Part shown: piece after piece, positions 26,580-39,373 of the stretch
Layout of the letters: each line of letters opens with the position of its first letter
Position numbering within the stretch: position 1 is the stretch's first letter
Source of the DNA: Lama glama
Lineage: Eukaryota
DNA: 64,000 nucleotides
Reading direction: 5' to 3'
Assembly: GCA_028534125.1 (NCBI GenBank)
Contig: CM052818.1
Coordinates: forward strand, 48,176,001 to 48,240,000
Translations under genes and position numbers: made by a program
The notes under the pieces: generated by a model
Seen by the model: only the letters and a program-made list of their open reading frames with translations
Database searches by the model: none
Told to the model about the DNA's origin: nothing

Positions 26580-27005
26580 GTGGGGATTGTCATTCTAAGG
26601 GAAATAAGCCAGAAAGAGAAAGAAAAATATCATATGATATCACTCATATGTGGAATCTTAAAAAAAGAAAGAAAAGAAAAAAAAAAAGGACACTAGTGAA
26701 CTCATCTACAAAACAGAGACAGACTCGCAGATATAGTAAACAATCTTATGGTTACCGGGGGAAAAGGGGTGGGAAGGGATAAATCTGGGAATTTGAGATT
26801 TGAAAAAGATAACCACTGTATATAAATTAGATTATAAAAAACAAATTTCCTTTGTATAGCACAGGGAACGATATTCAGTATCTTGAAAGAGCCTTTAATG
26901 AAAAAGAATATTAAAACAAATAAATGTATATATATGCAGGACTGGGACATTGTGCTGTACACCAGACATTGACACACTGTAACTGACTACACTTCAATAA
27001 AAAAA
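26580..27005 (+). mobile_element. L1 3' end nested in the MaLR internal region
   Basis: attgtcattctaagggaaataagccagaaagagaaag...tgtacaccagacattgacacactgtaactgactacacttcaataaaaaa; TSD aaaataccatt (26568-26578) / aaaataccactt (27002-27013). Confidence 0.9.
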
Positions 27006-27374
27006 TACCACTTATAAAAGAAAAAAACAAGAAACCCGCATAGCAGTCACTTTCCATAGTGATAATCAAATAAAGTCAGAACATTCTTGTCAATGATTCT
27101 CTGACCTGGCAGAGAAGTGGAGATCTCTGGTAAACCCATCCGACAGATGCCAGTGCTTCCCTGGAGGAACTAGTGTCTCCATCCTCCTCTGCTGCCCCAG
27201 CTTAGCCCTCAGCGAGGTTCTCATTCTTCGTTTCCCAGCTCTCATGGGAGACGGTGCTCTTCTGAGAGGCTGCACGGTCTTCCTGCCGACAGGTGCAGCT
27301 GGGCAGCTCAGAGGCGCATCAGCACCAAATACTCTCTGATTTGTAAAAGCTGGGTTTGTCTATTTTGGGAAATT

Positions 27375-27549
27375 TCTTTTTATATTTTATTTTTTATATT
27401 TTACTTATTTATTTATTATTGTATTATTTAATTATTGTATTCTAGGGGAGTAATTAGGTTTATTTATGTTAGAGGAGGTGCTAGGTGTTGAACCCAGGAC
27501 CTCACGCATGCTAAGCATGCACTCTGCCACTCGAGCTATACCCTCGCCC
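27375..27549 (-). mobile_element. tRNA-derived SINE of camelid Vic-1 type
   Basis: Minus strand: GGGCGAGGGTATAGCTCGAGTGGCAGAGTGCATGCTTAGCATGCGTGAGGTCCTGGGTTCAACACCTAGCACCTCC...ATAAATAAACCTAATTACTCCCC plus an A/T-rich tail. Pol III A box (TAGCTCGAGTGG) and B box (GGTTCAACACC) present. Confidence 0.85.
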
Positions 27550-27580
27550 GGAAATATTATGTTCTCAAATATTTCTTAGG

Positions 27581-27980
27581 TATATTAGTTTTCTAGAACT
27601 GCCACAACGAAATACCACAAACTGAGTGGCTGAAAAGAACAGAAATTCACTATTTCACGTACCTGGAGGGCAGCAGTCCGAGGCCAGGTTGCCTGCAGAA
27701 GCATGCTCACTCTGAGGACTCAAGGGGAGGATGCATTTTTCTAGCTTCTAATCGTTTGCTTTGTGGCAACACAGCTCCAGTCTGATGCACATCTGTATCC
27801 AAGTCTCCCCTTTCTATGAGGACGCAGATCATACTGGATTAAGGGTTCATCTACTTCAGTATGACCTCATATTAACTAACTGTCCCTGCAGTCACCTTAT
27901 TTCCAAGTAAGATTTCACTTGGAGGTTCCGAGGGTCAGGACTTAGATGTATGAATATTTTGTAGGGGGACACCCACAACT
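27581..27980 (-). mobile_element. MaLR solo LTR (MLT1C-like)
   Basis: tatattagttttctag...aaataccacaaactgagtggctgaaa...cagtatgacctcatattaact...tttccaagtaagatttcac...gggtcaggactt...tatgaat...gggggacac. Confidence 0.8.
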
Positions 27981-28729
27981 GGAGGCTTTGGGACTATTTC
28001 CTTCTGGTAATTTCCATGTGTCAGTGATCGTAGTCAAAACATTGATAGATGTGAATGCAGTTCCTGAGCCTGAAGATGATGTGTTTTAGTTACTGGTCTC
28101 TGAGCTCCACCCACCCGTTGTCTCATAGCTAAACAGTCATTGCCTTGGGGCCATCTGAAGCAGCAGATTTTGTAGGGAAACCTTCCATTTTTTTCTTCAG
28201 TGTATTCCATTTCTGGGTGCAGATTAGCTAGATTTAACATAAATTTCTCCCTCTCTCCTATTCAGTTTTGCTGAAAGTCATCCAGAATTAGCCAATACAC
28301 AGAACTGTTAGGACACAGGCTTTTTGCTTTTTATTGCTTTGTGTTCCCTGCACATGTTCCACTTTTGGATTCAGGCGTTACCAATAGATCCTCATTCCAG
28401 GAGGCATTCGGAAGAAAAAGAAAAAGGGGAAACATACCCTTTCCCTTAAAGGATGTGACTCTAAAGTCAGGCAGGTTGCTTCCATTCTCATTGGATGGGT
28501 TACAGCTGAGTCATATGATCACACCTGATAGTAAGATGGTGGGGAAATGTGGCCCTTCCCAAGGGGACTAAGAGCCCAAATAAAAATCACTCCACCAGGC
28601 GAGAAAGAGAGAATAGGTTTCAGGGTATAATTAGCAGCCTGTGTCACAAATATACATTATAAACTAAGACTTCAAATCCTTGCTAAAATAAAACAAATTA
28701 AAGGAAAAGGGGGCTGATGGAGCAATGGA

Positions 28730-28860
28730 ATGCCATGGAGCCAATGGACAATCTGGGCTTAAATCTGAACTCTGTCCCCAAGTGTGTCACCTTGGATGAA
28801 TATTTCCTTTTTTGGTGTTTCCTCATCTGAATTATAAAGGCTTGGACTAGAAAACCATTT
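28730..28860 (+). mobile_element. MIR SINE
   Basis: gacaatctgggcttaaatctgaactctg...tgtgtcaccttggatgaa...gtttcctcatctgaa. Confidence 0.6.
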
Positions 28861-29365
28861 TCCAAATATAGTTTTATCGGATAGAAAATCTTACAGAGAG
28901 TAATGGCTATATTGGGACAAAAATTTTTATACACAAAGTTAGAAAGTGACTCACACTGTATTCAGTGATCCACAATAATAATAATACAATAATAACACTA
29001 TATCAGTGATTTGCAATACGGATTCTGGTAATCTTTCTGTAAATAACTTTTAGCCCATTGTATCTTTATGTGTGCGTGTGTCACAGAATAATTCTTTACT
29101 CAGTCGTCTGCTAACCTCATGTGAAACTCAGTGTGGGGGACATCAAACTAAATGGCTTGTAAAGTTTCTTCCTGCTCTAAGAGTCTGCGATATTGAAGTA
29201 CAACACAAAGCTTTTACCACCTTCAACATCTATTCAATTATTTATTTGATCTATTTATAGCGTCCCATACCTGAAACTGAGTTAAGGAACCTCACAACAA
29301 AAGACTGATAATCTGTGTATCAACAACAGACACTGAAATAGAAAAGCAAGACTAATTTATATCTT

Positions 29366-29624
29366 TAATTTTTTTTATTGACGTATAGTTGACTTACAAC
29401 GCTGTGTTAGTTTCATGTGCACAGCAAAGTGATTCAGTTATACATACATATATATACATACTTGCATATTGTATATTCTTTTTCGTATTATTTTCCATTA
29501 CTATTTAGTAGAAGATATTGCATATAGTTCCCTGTGCTACACAGTAGGACCTTGTTGTTTATTTTATAGTGTATATATATACAGTAGTGTATATACTACA
29601 CATGTTAATCTCAAAAGGAGAAAG
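29366..29624 (-). mobile_element. Short L1 3' end with a perfect 14-bp TSD
   Basis: Poly-T, then attgacgtatagttgacttacaac...atagttccctgtgcta; TSD ctaatttatatctt at 29352-29365 and 29625-29638. Confidence 0.9.
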
Positions 29625-30219
29625 CTAATTTATATCTTAACATGAATTAAAATGTCAAATTTGTTAGCCAGTTGGCTAGTTAAGTACTTAAGCTCTGGGG
29701 AAATTGAGCTATTTGAGTTTGGAGGGAAAGGCTTAAGTCACGTGGGACCTGTCACCAGGGGCGGAGACGGGGTGGTGGGGGAGGGTGGTTAGAGGGAATT
29801 GGCGTAGGAGCCCCCCAGGCAGACGGACAGGGAGCATGCAGCCCTGCAGGGCAGGCCAGGCAGGAGGGACAGCTGACTTCCAGCCTCCTCAACAGTTTTG
29901 CTTAGGGCTGGCTTTGTGTGTGTGTGTAAATCATTCAGATAATTGCTGTAATTCTGTGCTTAGCTTGGCTCCTACGGCCCTTGGTTCATGAATATTCATA
30001 AGATCTACCCACACTCCATTCTTACTTAGATTTTCCTAGACAGCTTTCATGCTGAGGGTGCCAGCATGTTTGTGCTGGGGATGGCGCGATGGTAGTAAGT
30101 TCTTGCCTGGGTGGAAACTTCCCTGTGCCCACCCATCCATGTGATGACAGAGAGAAAAAAAAACACTCGTGCAGAAGCTGGCCTTGCTTCCTGGTAGGTT
30201 TTGGTCTAACACGTTGATT

Positions 30220-32800
30220 CTTTCATTCATAGCTCACCAAGCACTGTACGAGGTGCTGGGGCTCAGGCACAGAAGAAGAGTGAGTACCAGTCCCAAAAAG
30301 GGTGTGTGATCTGACCACCAGGATACACTCACGAAGAAACCATCACAGAATAATGGCAGCCGCTAAAGGAGACTGAGCTCAAAATGCTGTGACTCTGAGG
30401 AGTTTAGAGGAAGTACACAAAGTCAAAATTGGGCACGGGTGAGATCAAGATTAATGAGGCGTTGCTTCTCACAGGATTCAAATCCCAGAGTTGAGGCTTA
30501 AAATTACGTCCCATAACCAATATATGCTCATTGCTGAAAATAAATGTAATAAAATGGAGAAAAGAGTCACTTGGAAATTTTCACCCAGTTTGTTGTCTGT
30601 ACTTGAAGACTTTCCCTGTGTGTATTTCTCTTTAGCAAGAACAACAAACATCATGAGCTGTGTAGAAGTTTATAACCTACTTTTTTCAACTCAGCAAGTA
30701 TTTGAACTAAATTTTGAAGAATGAGTAACAAGTCCCCAGGTAAATGAGGTTGAAGAAGGTGGTTTAGGCTGAGAAAGTACCAGGAACGGGTGGTACTTTC
30801 CACAGAAGGGTGTGCCTCATAGGTCTTAGGTCTGAACGAAGCCCAGAGCCTTAGATGAGGATGACCCTGGGCAGGAGCTGGGGCCAGACAGTGCAGTGCT
30901 GTGCATCTCAAGGTCTGAGGAGCTGAGGCTTCATCCTGAAAGCAGGGGAAGTCACTGAAGAGCGGCAGAGAGAGGCACATCAATTTGGAAAACCACTCAA
31001 AGGATGGACAGAAGCAGCGGGAGCAACAGAAGGCTTTTCACTGACCACAGCCAGGCTGGACCGGAGCCAGTCACATACAGAAACAAAGCATGTGTAATAA
31101 CGTTACAGTTGAGATACAAGGACATTCTAGGTATGGCTTCTCCTCCATCTTCCCCAATAGATGAGACCTTAAAAGTTTTAGCATCCCATGATCTAGTACA
31201 GAGGTTCATTTCATTTGGTGCTTAAATCCCAGGACTGGAAAGCAAACCAGTTAAAATTTGCTCATCCATCCAAGCCACAACTCAACTCATTCTAAAAGGA
31301 CCTTGTTGACCACAGGACCTCATTTTTGTTGGAACACTCCAGTGCTACTGCTCCTACATTTACTGGGAAAACTGCATTTAGTTAAAAAATACATTTAGAT
31401 CCATCTAGTAAATATGTAGATGCAGCTGAACTAGTTGCTGGAGACGATTCTTATATAAATATACGAGGATATACATTTGGACTACAATGAACTTTTATGA
31501 AAAGATACAGCAAACTTGGGATTATCTCTGGGGTCAGAGTGGTTGTAGGGAAGAGCTGAGATAATTTCTGCATTATTTTATATATTCTCTACTGTTGGAT
31601 AAAGAATATATATGTAATTTTATGATAGAACAGTAACATCTTCAAGTTTTCTTTTTTACCTGGAAAAGGTGCATTTGGAATGCAAGGAATTTAGAAGGAA
31701 AAGCGTATAGGACGTAGTACCTGATCGGGCATGTCAGGGAGGAAAGGAAGCAGCACACGGGTGACTCTTTGGTTTCTGGCCCCCAGCAGGGCACCGCTTA
31801 CAGTGGGGAGCACGAAAACAGGACAAGGAAACAGCGAGAACCCAAGACACACTTGAAGTGTCTTCCGATACTTGAGTTTAAGATGCTAAGAAGTTAGAGA
31901 GTCTCTTCAGCTGGATTTCAGAGGACAAATTACGTTGGGAATTCCAATTTCAGAGCCATCTGACCATATATGCTCATTGCTGCCCTGGGGAAGGAAATAA
32001 TCATTTCAAGAGTGGGAGCAGGAAGTAGAGAGAACCCAGGATTGCGTCTTGGAACACTAATATTTACAGGGAAAATAAAGAGCAATCAGTGGTCAAAGGG
32101 AAAGAAAAAATAAAGGTTGAGACCAAGGAGCCACAAATTCGACAAGGGAGTGCTTCTCAAAGATGAATGATTGGTTCAGCTGAATCTTGGGATCTGTCTT
32201 TCCTTAGGAAGGCACTGTGCACACGCTTGTCAGGGAGCTGAGTGGACTTGCAGGTGAGGAGACTTCCTGAGAAAGGCAGCTGCCGAGCATGCCAGCTCGA
32301 GCCCGACTTGCAAAGAGTTAGTCAGAAAACGAGAGACCACCCAAAGTCTCTAAGTAGTTTTTGTCTTGGTTCTAAAATACACTTGTCTGGGTTTGGGTGC
32401 CACAGGGAGACAGAGTGAGCACGTTGGATGAAAACACAAGAGGTGCTTCTTTAAAAACTGTTGGTATTGTCTAGACACAATTCAGGGGCTCTCAGAACAC
32501 CTGTAGAGCAGACTGTAACACAGAAACAAAGAGAACCATCTTCTCGCTTCACCTCGGACTCTTCCTCCTGAGCCAGACCAGGGTGGCAATGGAGAGCCTC
32601 GAGAAAGGGAAACTCACTCTCAGGGAAGTGTAGTTATCAAGCAGGAGTGGGAATTCCCAACAGAACTGAATCCAGGGCCCAGAAGAGTGGGTCACGTCCG
32701 TGTGCAGCAAAGGAATAAAGAGGAATTTGCAGTGATCAGCACATGGCGCCCGGGGCATGAACTGCAGAGCAGAAGGGCCGGGAAGTTGCTAATGCTGCTT
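30220..32800 (-). mobile_element. Long fragmented L2 remnant, interrupted by other old repeats (e.g. L1ME-like at ~31440-31640)
   Basis: ttcattcat...caagcactgtacgaggtgctgggg; gcttcatcctgaaagcaggggaagtcactgaag; ggtgactctttggtttctggc; tcttggaacactaatatttacaggg appear in L2 antisense order. Confidence 0.5.
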
Positions 32801-33172
32801 AGTGGGAAGTTGGACACGTGCATGAGAAATACGCCTTCATCCGGAAAAGCCTAGGGCTAGAGGGCTGTGGAAGGGCTCCTGCATGAAAAGTTTGGGGAAA
32901 TGGTGGTAAAATTGCTAATTTTTCACATACAGAACAATTTTTGTGTGTATTAAGTTGATTTAAACTAAAGGACTTAAGCTAATTATTTTTGAACAAAATC
33001 CACTTACGAAGATGTTCCCGTAGCCCGAGGCACTACAGGCTCCAATTTGTAATATCAGTAACACACACCACTCTTTCTAAGAAAAGATGAGACCATAAGG
33101 CTCAAAATTTTTGCTAAGCACACAAACGACCACAACAGGCCATGAAAGCTGAAGGCATCAAGGCTATAAATT

Positions 33173-33365
33173 CAGGGTTGTCAAACGGTACACACAGGTC
33201 AAGCTGGCCCAGTGTCTGCTTTTGTAAATAAAGTTTTATTGCAATGAAGACACCTTTGTTAATTCATGTGTTGTCTACGACTGATTTCCAGCTACAATTG
33301 ACCAGTTGTGACATGGACCATATAACCTCAAAGACTAAAAAATTCACTTTCTGGCCCATGACAGA
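33173..33365. mobile_element. MER58A-like hAT-Charlie element
   Basis: cagggttgtcaaac...ctggccc...ttttgtaaataaagttttattg...ttgtctacgactg...agttgtgaca...ctaaaaaattcactttctggccc. Confidence 0.75.
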
Positions 33366-33825
33366 CTTCTTTACTGTAAAGATAAGAAGCACCCTTTAAA
33401 CGGGCTGTTAGGTGTTTATTTACAATTTAGTAACCACATTTTGCTAGAAAGACCAGGCTAACCTCCAAAATCCCAGAAGCTGCTGCCTCCCCAGGCTTTA
33501 CACGTGCTGAACTCCATACTCACACCATCTCTATGGCACAGCTTTTGCCCTTGTGACGAAGAGTGTATTCTAATCTACAGGGCATCCCCACCCCCATTCC
33601 GCATGCTGACAAAGCATGAATATCCAGGCAGTTGTTCCCTTTAGAGCCACTCATTGCCAAAGTGAATGTCGATGACTCTTTGGGAAACCTTTTAGTACAA
33701 TACAGCAGCCCCGGTCTTTAATCGATTTCATGCAGTGAGCTTTTCCGAGGTCTGTTTCCCTCCCTGTGAATGGACTTCCCCACTGGGCATCGAATTTCAC
33801 AGAACTACCATACGAGAGTAGTGTA

Positions 33826-33995
33826 TCAGTGGAGAAAAAAAGAAAAAGAAGTGCTTGTTAAAAATTCATATCTCTGGGACCTACCCCAGATCTGCTAAAC
33901 TTTTTGGAGGAAGCCAGAAAATCTGACAGAGGGGGCCCCCAAAACCTTGCGATTCTGGTGTAGATCTCTAATCCATATTTTGAGAAACACTGATC
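33826..33995. mobile_element. MER5-like fragment
   Basis: gcttgttaaaaattcatatctctgggacctaccccagatctgct...gattctggtg...ttttgagaaacactg. Confidence 0.6.
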
Positions 33996-36900
33996 CACAG
34001 AATTATTTTCAGCCATAATGTTTCACAGCTCTGTGAACATTTGGCTTGCTTTACTTCCCATTTCTCAAATCATTCTCTGTGCGTCTAGTTCTCTGTCTTT
34101 CGAAGCTGGAGACTATTCAAGCCATGTGAGATTCAGTGTTGAAAAGGGTTTGCACCAGTTGAAATTTGTGTTATTATATTTGTTTCATGCATTTAATTCC
34201 TGTTGAGACTTTAAGCACGGGCAGCTGGACCCCTATTCCAGGTGCCATGCTTCACAAATTGCTGACATCTTTCCTCTCTGTTAGACACCAGAGCCCAGCT
34301 GCACCGGCGCCGACAAACCTGCCACCTACATGAGCCTCTCGTTTGCCTGGGTGACCACCGCCGAAGATGCGAAAGCATGAATTTGGAATGGAATTTGCTG
34401 TCCGAGGCTCCTGGCAAGCATTCTTTGTAGCCTGGCTAGCTGAAGTATACGAGTAGTGGTTTCTTCTAGATTAGACAGATTTAAGTATTCGAACTATTTC
34501 CTGGGAGAGAGAAGAGGCAACATAAAAGCTTAATGATTCATAAAAATTCCTGTCAGGAAAACACTGAGGTTTTGTATAAGCATGGATACTCCACCCCCAC
34601 ATAGCTTTGCTGACAGGGCTCTCACACGGTGTTTAATGCCCACCTCAGCGACTGCTGGCCCTAGAAAATGTTCTATAGCATCTGCCCTACTACTGAGTTG
34701 CCACAACTTTAAATTCTTTTGCTTTAGTACCTCTAACATTAATATAACCCTAGATCGATTAACTGTATTTTAGTATATGGGATATTGGAGTCAGCAGACA
34801 GGGACTTTGGAAATTAAGACATAATCCTTGTTTTCCAGGAGTTTGGGAGTATAAACAAACACTTACAGAGGGAAGAACTGATTGTACTGTGTCCTGAGGG
34901 CAGGGCATACATTATCATCTTCCAACTGGATTGAAAGTCAGAGGTGAGGAAGCACCTGTGTCTTGGTATTTTTGTCTCCACCATGACCCTTGTCATCTCC
35001 CTCGTCAAGAACACGTACACAGCACACACCCTCTTGAGTTGGATCGGCTCTGCCCTTTTCCCCTAAGGGATCCGATAAGAGCCATACGGTTTGTTTCCCC
35101 ATTAGGAAATTAGCTGTTTTAGGTGAGTCTTGTTTTTTTGTTTGTTTGTTTGTTTTTAATCATTTTTAGTGTTGAAAGTGTATTTTGCCACCTTGGAATT
35201 CAAGCTCAGCTCCAGGTAAAGGCAGGAAGGTGTGTTGGCTGGTTCCCTCCACCACAGGGATATTCTCAGCTATCACACCACCTGTTAGGAACACCTACAT
35301 CCCAGAATGTTCTACCCTCATGGGTATATATTTTTTCCTCTCTCTAATCTCCTCTTCTATAATCACTTGTCTTCTGACTAGTTTTTTTCAGAGCTCGCTC
35401 AGTGAATAATAAGGGAATATAAGAAATTGGTGGTAAAAAAATCGAATGAGAAAGTATAGTGTTTTCACAATATAGATTTGCATTTTTACAGGAACTTTTG
35501 AAAACAAAAGATCTTTAGCAAACAAATGTGAAAAAAATAAAAAAAAGACAAATTTCAGGAAAGTAAGAAAGACATTTTCAGACAGTTATGTTTTTGATGC
35601 TGACTTTCATACCAGTCTCCCTGATCTTACTTGAGATTAGAATGCCTTACCACCTAGTTTTGAAGGTAAAAGTCAGAATTTTTAAAATCAGTTTAGTTTT
35701 TAAAAAAATGCCATAGCTTTTTTCGTCCTGAGGACCTGGCTTATCCACAGTTTAGTATCTTATCCTCTAATAAAAATAAAGTAGTCTTGAAAGAGTTTAA
35801 ATCTAACTTTTATAAATCAGATCATGTTTTTTTCCTTATCCGTTATTCAATTTCTGAAATAAGTTTCCTCAGAAATAACTCTTGCTCCAAATACCCAATA
35901 TTTTAAAACGTACTAAACATCACACACTATGCAATTTCTATAAATAATAATACATAGTACACTTTTAATATGCAATAGATCCAATAAAAAGCATCTCATT
36001 CTCTTTGTTTCCACATCCTTATCTGGTGCCATTGGATGCTTTCAATTTTAGAACTGGAAGAGCCTCATTGAATTTCAGACAGCATCAAATGTTTATAGGT
36101 GAACAGCCCTGCATACTTAGATGCGACCGGGTTTCCAAAGAAAGCCCTGGGGTAGACTCTAGGTCTCCTGGCTCAGGGTCTAACTTTCTAGCTCGCAGAA
36201 GGGCAAGAAAACGATTTGAGTTGCCAGAGTCAGGCCTGAGCAAGGAGACGGTACCGGACACCGTGCAAATTCAGGCGTGGGAAACAGACTTCCCAGACGC
36301 CAGGTGCGGGCTGGCGTTTATTAGCTTTATCACCTTAGAAGTGCCTTTGACCCTCTCCTCCTCAGTTTCCTCCTCTGCACAGGAAAGCACTGCCGGGTTT
36401 GCAGGTGGGAGCTAATCCTATTACTGTCCTTACTATTCTCTGTATGAATTGGTAGTTGCTGGACCCCATGGACATTGTTGCAGATCCTCTCCGAGGAGGC
36501 AAGGCTCTCGGCAGATGGCGTCTCGCTCATGCACACACATCCTGTTCAGGAGTAATGGTGGCAAGAGATGATCAGTCTCATTCTACAGATGGAGAAACCA
36601 GAGCTGTGCCTTTCCTCGTGGCCGTGCTGACTCAGCAGATTGTTAATGCCTGGGTCACTGCCTCCTGCCTTAAATCACACAGAGAGAGACAGAAGGGGAG
36701 AGCCCCGAACGGATCATGCCATTTCTTTACAACCATCATGGAATTGCACGCTCCTGGAAGTTCTGCAGACGGGATGCTTAATTCAATATTGGGTGAGAAA
36801 TTTATATTCCTATATCGTACACCAAATCAAAACTAATTTTTGGAGGAATGGTACCCCGGATCCTGGTAAAGACAGAGGAACCTCATTAAACACAAATTCA

Positions 36901-38669
36901 GTGCACTAGGGAACAGATAATGACATGTTCTTTAAATAGCAAGGCAGTTGGTTCAGAGAGTAAGAGAATCTCATCAAGAGCAAGCTTGTCTTTACCTAGA
37001 AGCAGATTCAAACCAAGTGTTGCACTGATCAAGCATATATAATTTTTCATTTAGAAAAGGATGTTTGTTTTTACTGCCTTTTCTCTGCTCCCTGTGTGTT
37101 TGCATCGATTCTCTTCACAAGTGTCATGAGGCAGGTGGGCAGCGAGCGTCCTGCTCACCTGATGGACGAGAGGCTGGAGGAGCAGGGCGATCGGGGCTTG
37201 CTGCAAGGTCTTGAGCCGCGTCAGTGTCGGGGCAAGACAACCTGCACGCCCCACCTCCGTGCTTTCGGTTTTCCCACAGACGGCAGCTCGAACCCTGACC
37301 TGCTCCCGAGAGAGGACCCGGCAGCGCTCCTGAGCGTGTCTGACACCTTGTGTCACTTGACAGGACTCTGCAGTGGTGGTCTGGCCCGTAGCATCACAGG
37401 CTGTCCGTGTCTGTGTTAGATTTCCTGCTCTACGTGCTCGTCAGGAGATCAGAGCGATGGGGGTGCCATCTCACCTCTTCATACTGCATTTTGAACTCTT
37501 GGTCCTCAAGATTTGAATGAGATGCAAGGGGCTCTGGCGGGTCCCTGATGGGATGTTTCTGCATCATCAATCCCCAGCACGTCCTTCAGCAAAACCTCGG
37601 TGCTGCTCTCCTGAAGGGATGCCCACGTGAGACATTCAGGGGACTGAATAATCACGGGTTCGTAGTGCAAGTGGTCCCCGCCCCTGTCAGGAGCAAGTCT
37701 CCTATTTAGCCTATAAGGGGGCCATTGGCTTTGTATCGCTTTATAGCGCAGCTGGTCTGAAAGCACCGTGGCGTAATTTCAGAGCTTTTCTCGTCGCCTC
37801 CATTTACACAGACCTCAGCTGCCCAGATGGGAGCGTCACCCAAAAGGGAACATGAACGTGAACATCCTCTGGGTTCCGGCTACAGGACTCTTTCTGTTAG
37901 ATACACGCGCTGAGCGCTATCTTCATTTGTGTTTATTTCCTTATTTCCAAGGAATAATCAGTTTGAGACTCGTCAACACAATAAAACTCAAAGAGACAGC
38001 CAGAGGCAGATCCAATTCTGGGGAAATATAGAAAAGACCGATTATCATGAAAACCCTCAATTTGCATTTTGCTCTCCTGTAAGTCATCATACCAGGAAGC
38101 TAATGCAATCCCCTGAAAGAAGCTTTTTATATCTAATGACAAGACTTCGTGCCTCCAGGGTGGCGAGATTCTGTATTTTTCATCACTCATCTGAAATGCT
38201 CTCTCTCCTCTTCGCTGCTCTGCAGGCTCACGAGGAGGGGAGAACCATTTCCAGGGGAAGTGACCCGGTCATGCCGTCGGCCCGGCAGAGAGATCCACCC
38301 GGGGTGTTCCCTGATTTCTCGTGGCAGGAAATGCACTTGGCCACGTGTCCGGGATGTGAGTCCAGGTGATGGAGAGGGCCCTCGAGGATGCCCTCGACCC
38401 TGCTCCTGGACCCTGGCACGGCTGCCTCCCTAGGACCCTGGGACATGGGGCTGCACGCCAGGCATGTGTGCGCCATGCCTTCCCAGCCGGCTGTTTAATC
38501 ATCTTGATATTAAAAATGGGTTCTGAAAAGCATCCCTGAAGTACTTGGGGCTGCACACAGCGCTCTCCCTGCTTTGAAGACAGTCGCATTATTTCTGTCT
38601 CCAGTCTCCCCACACAGCCCAGCAAACAGGCGGGGACCGCGGCAGCTCCAGACGCGGGCAGACGACTCA

Positions 38670-38970
38670 CAGCTGCGTGGTTAATTATGGCTCTCCCCCT
38701 CTTTCTCCTTCTCTCTTTCAGACCTCAGCTTTAGAAATAAAAGATAAGAAATTCTTTAAAGTAATTAGAGCCCTCTGAGTGCTTACGGTCTAACGAAGGG
38801 AAACATTCTGACTGATTTACAGCAGGAGGAGGCAGCGGGAGAAGCTTTGCCAGTGGAAAAAATAATAATTAACATCAGCTTTGCCACTATCTTGACTGAG
38901 CTGCCAGTCAGCCTCAGAGAGAAAGGAAATGCTAATGAAATATTAATATGCTGGCTTGGAGTTTACGGAA
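38670..38970. promoter_or_regulatory. Putative homeodomain/POU enhancer (AT-rich island in GC-rich DNA)
   Basis: TTAATTA 38681-38687; TAATTA 38762-38767; PBX-HOX TGATTTAC 38813-38820; TAATTAA 38866-38872; CTGCCAGTCA 38901-38910; ATGCTAATGAAAT 38929-38941; ATTAATATGCT 38942-38952. No repeat recognised. Confidence 0.5.
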
Positions 38971-39373
38971 CAGCCTTTGTTCCCAGGTACCGTTCCGGTT
39001 CGCCAGTCAAAAGGGTCAGGTGTGAGGGATGCAGGAGCCCGGGGGCCCCACGAAGGGCTGACGGGCGTCAGGCCGGACAAGATGGAGAGTCCCCCCACCG
39101 ACAGCCCTCAGCCCCCTACCGTGAGGAGCAGCGCCGCCCCTTCCCTTCTCAGCCTTTTCCCCCTTGGCTGACAGACGCCGAACGTCAGCAACCATCACGA
39201 CATGATCAGAGCTGGCTCTGCAACACCTGTAAGTGGCTTCGAAGGCGGCAGCTGCCAGACAGCTTCAGTCTCAGGGAGATCCTGTCTGGTAGGTCGCCTT
39301 CAGACGAGACGGAGCCCACCCACCCCGTGCTTTCTGGTTCATCTATTCAGAGATGGCACGGCTCGGGGGCCCC

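Larger units (their letters stand above)
26030..28647 (-). mobile_element. Ancient MaLR (MLT1J-like) element retaining two LTR remnants and internal sequence, with nested insertions
   Basis: LTR remnant ~26030-26285 (tggtccaagatg...ttagtcatgaagccaca...gacaactggg...ccaca). Internal-like sequence follows (aagttatct...gcatagcagtcactttccatag). Second LTR ~28201-28647 (tgtatt...gagtcatatgatcacacct...gggaaatgtgg...aattagcagcctgtgtcaca). Confidence 0.6.

Noticed and set aside
27470..27549. tRNA gene
   Set aside because: The tRNA-like head continues into a SINE body and A-rich tail, and the acceptor stem is imperfect, so it is a SINE.
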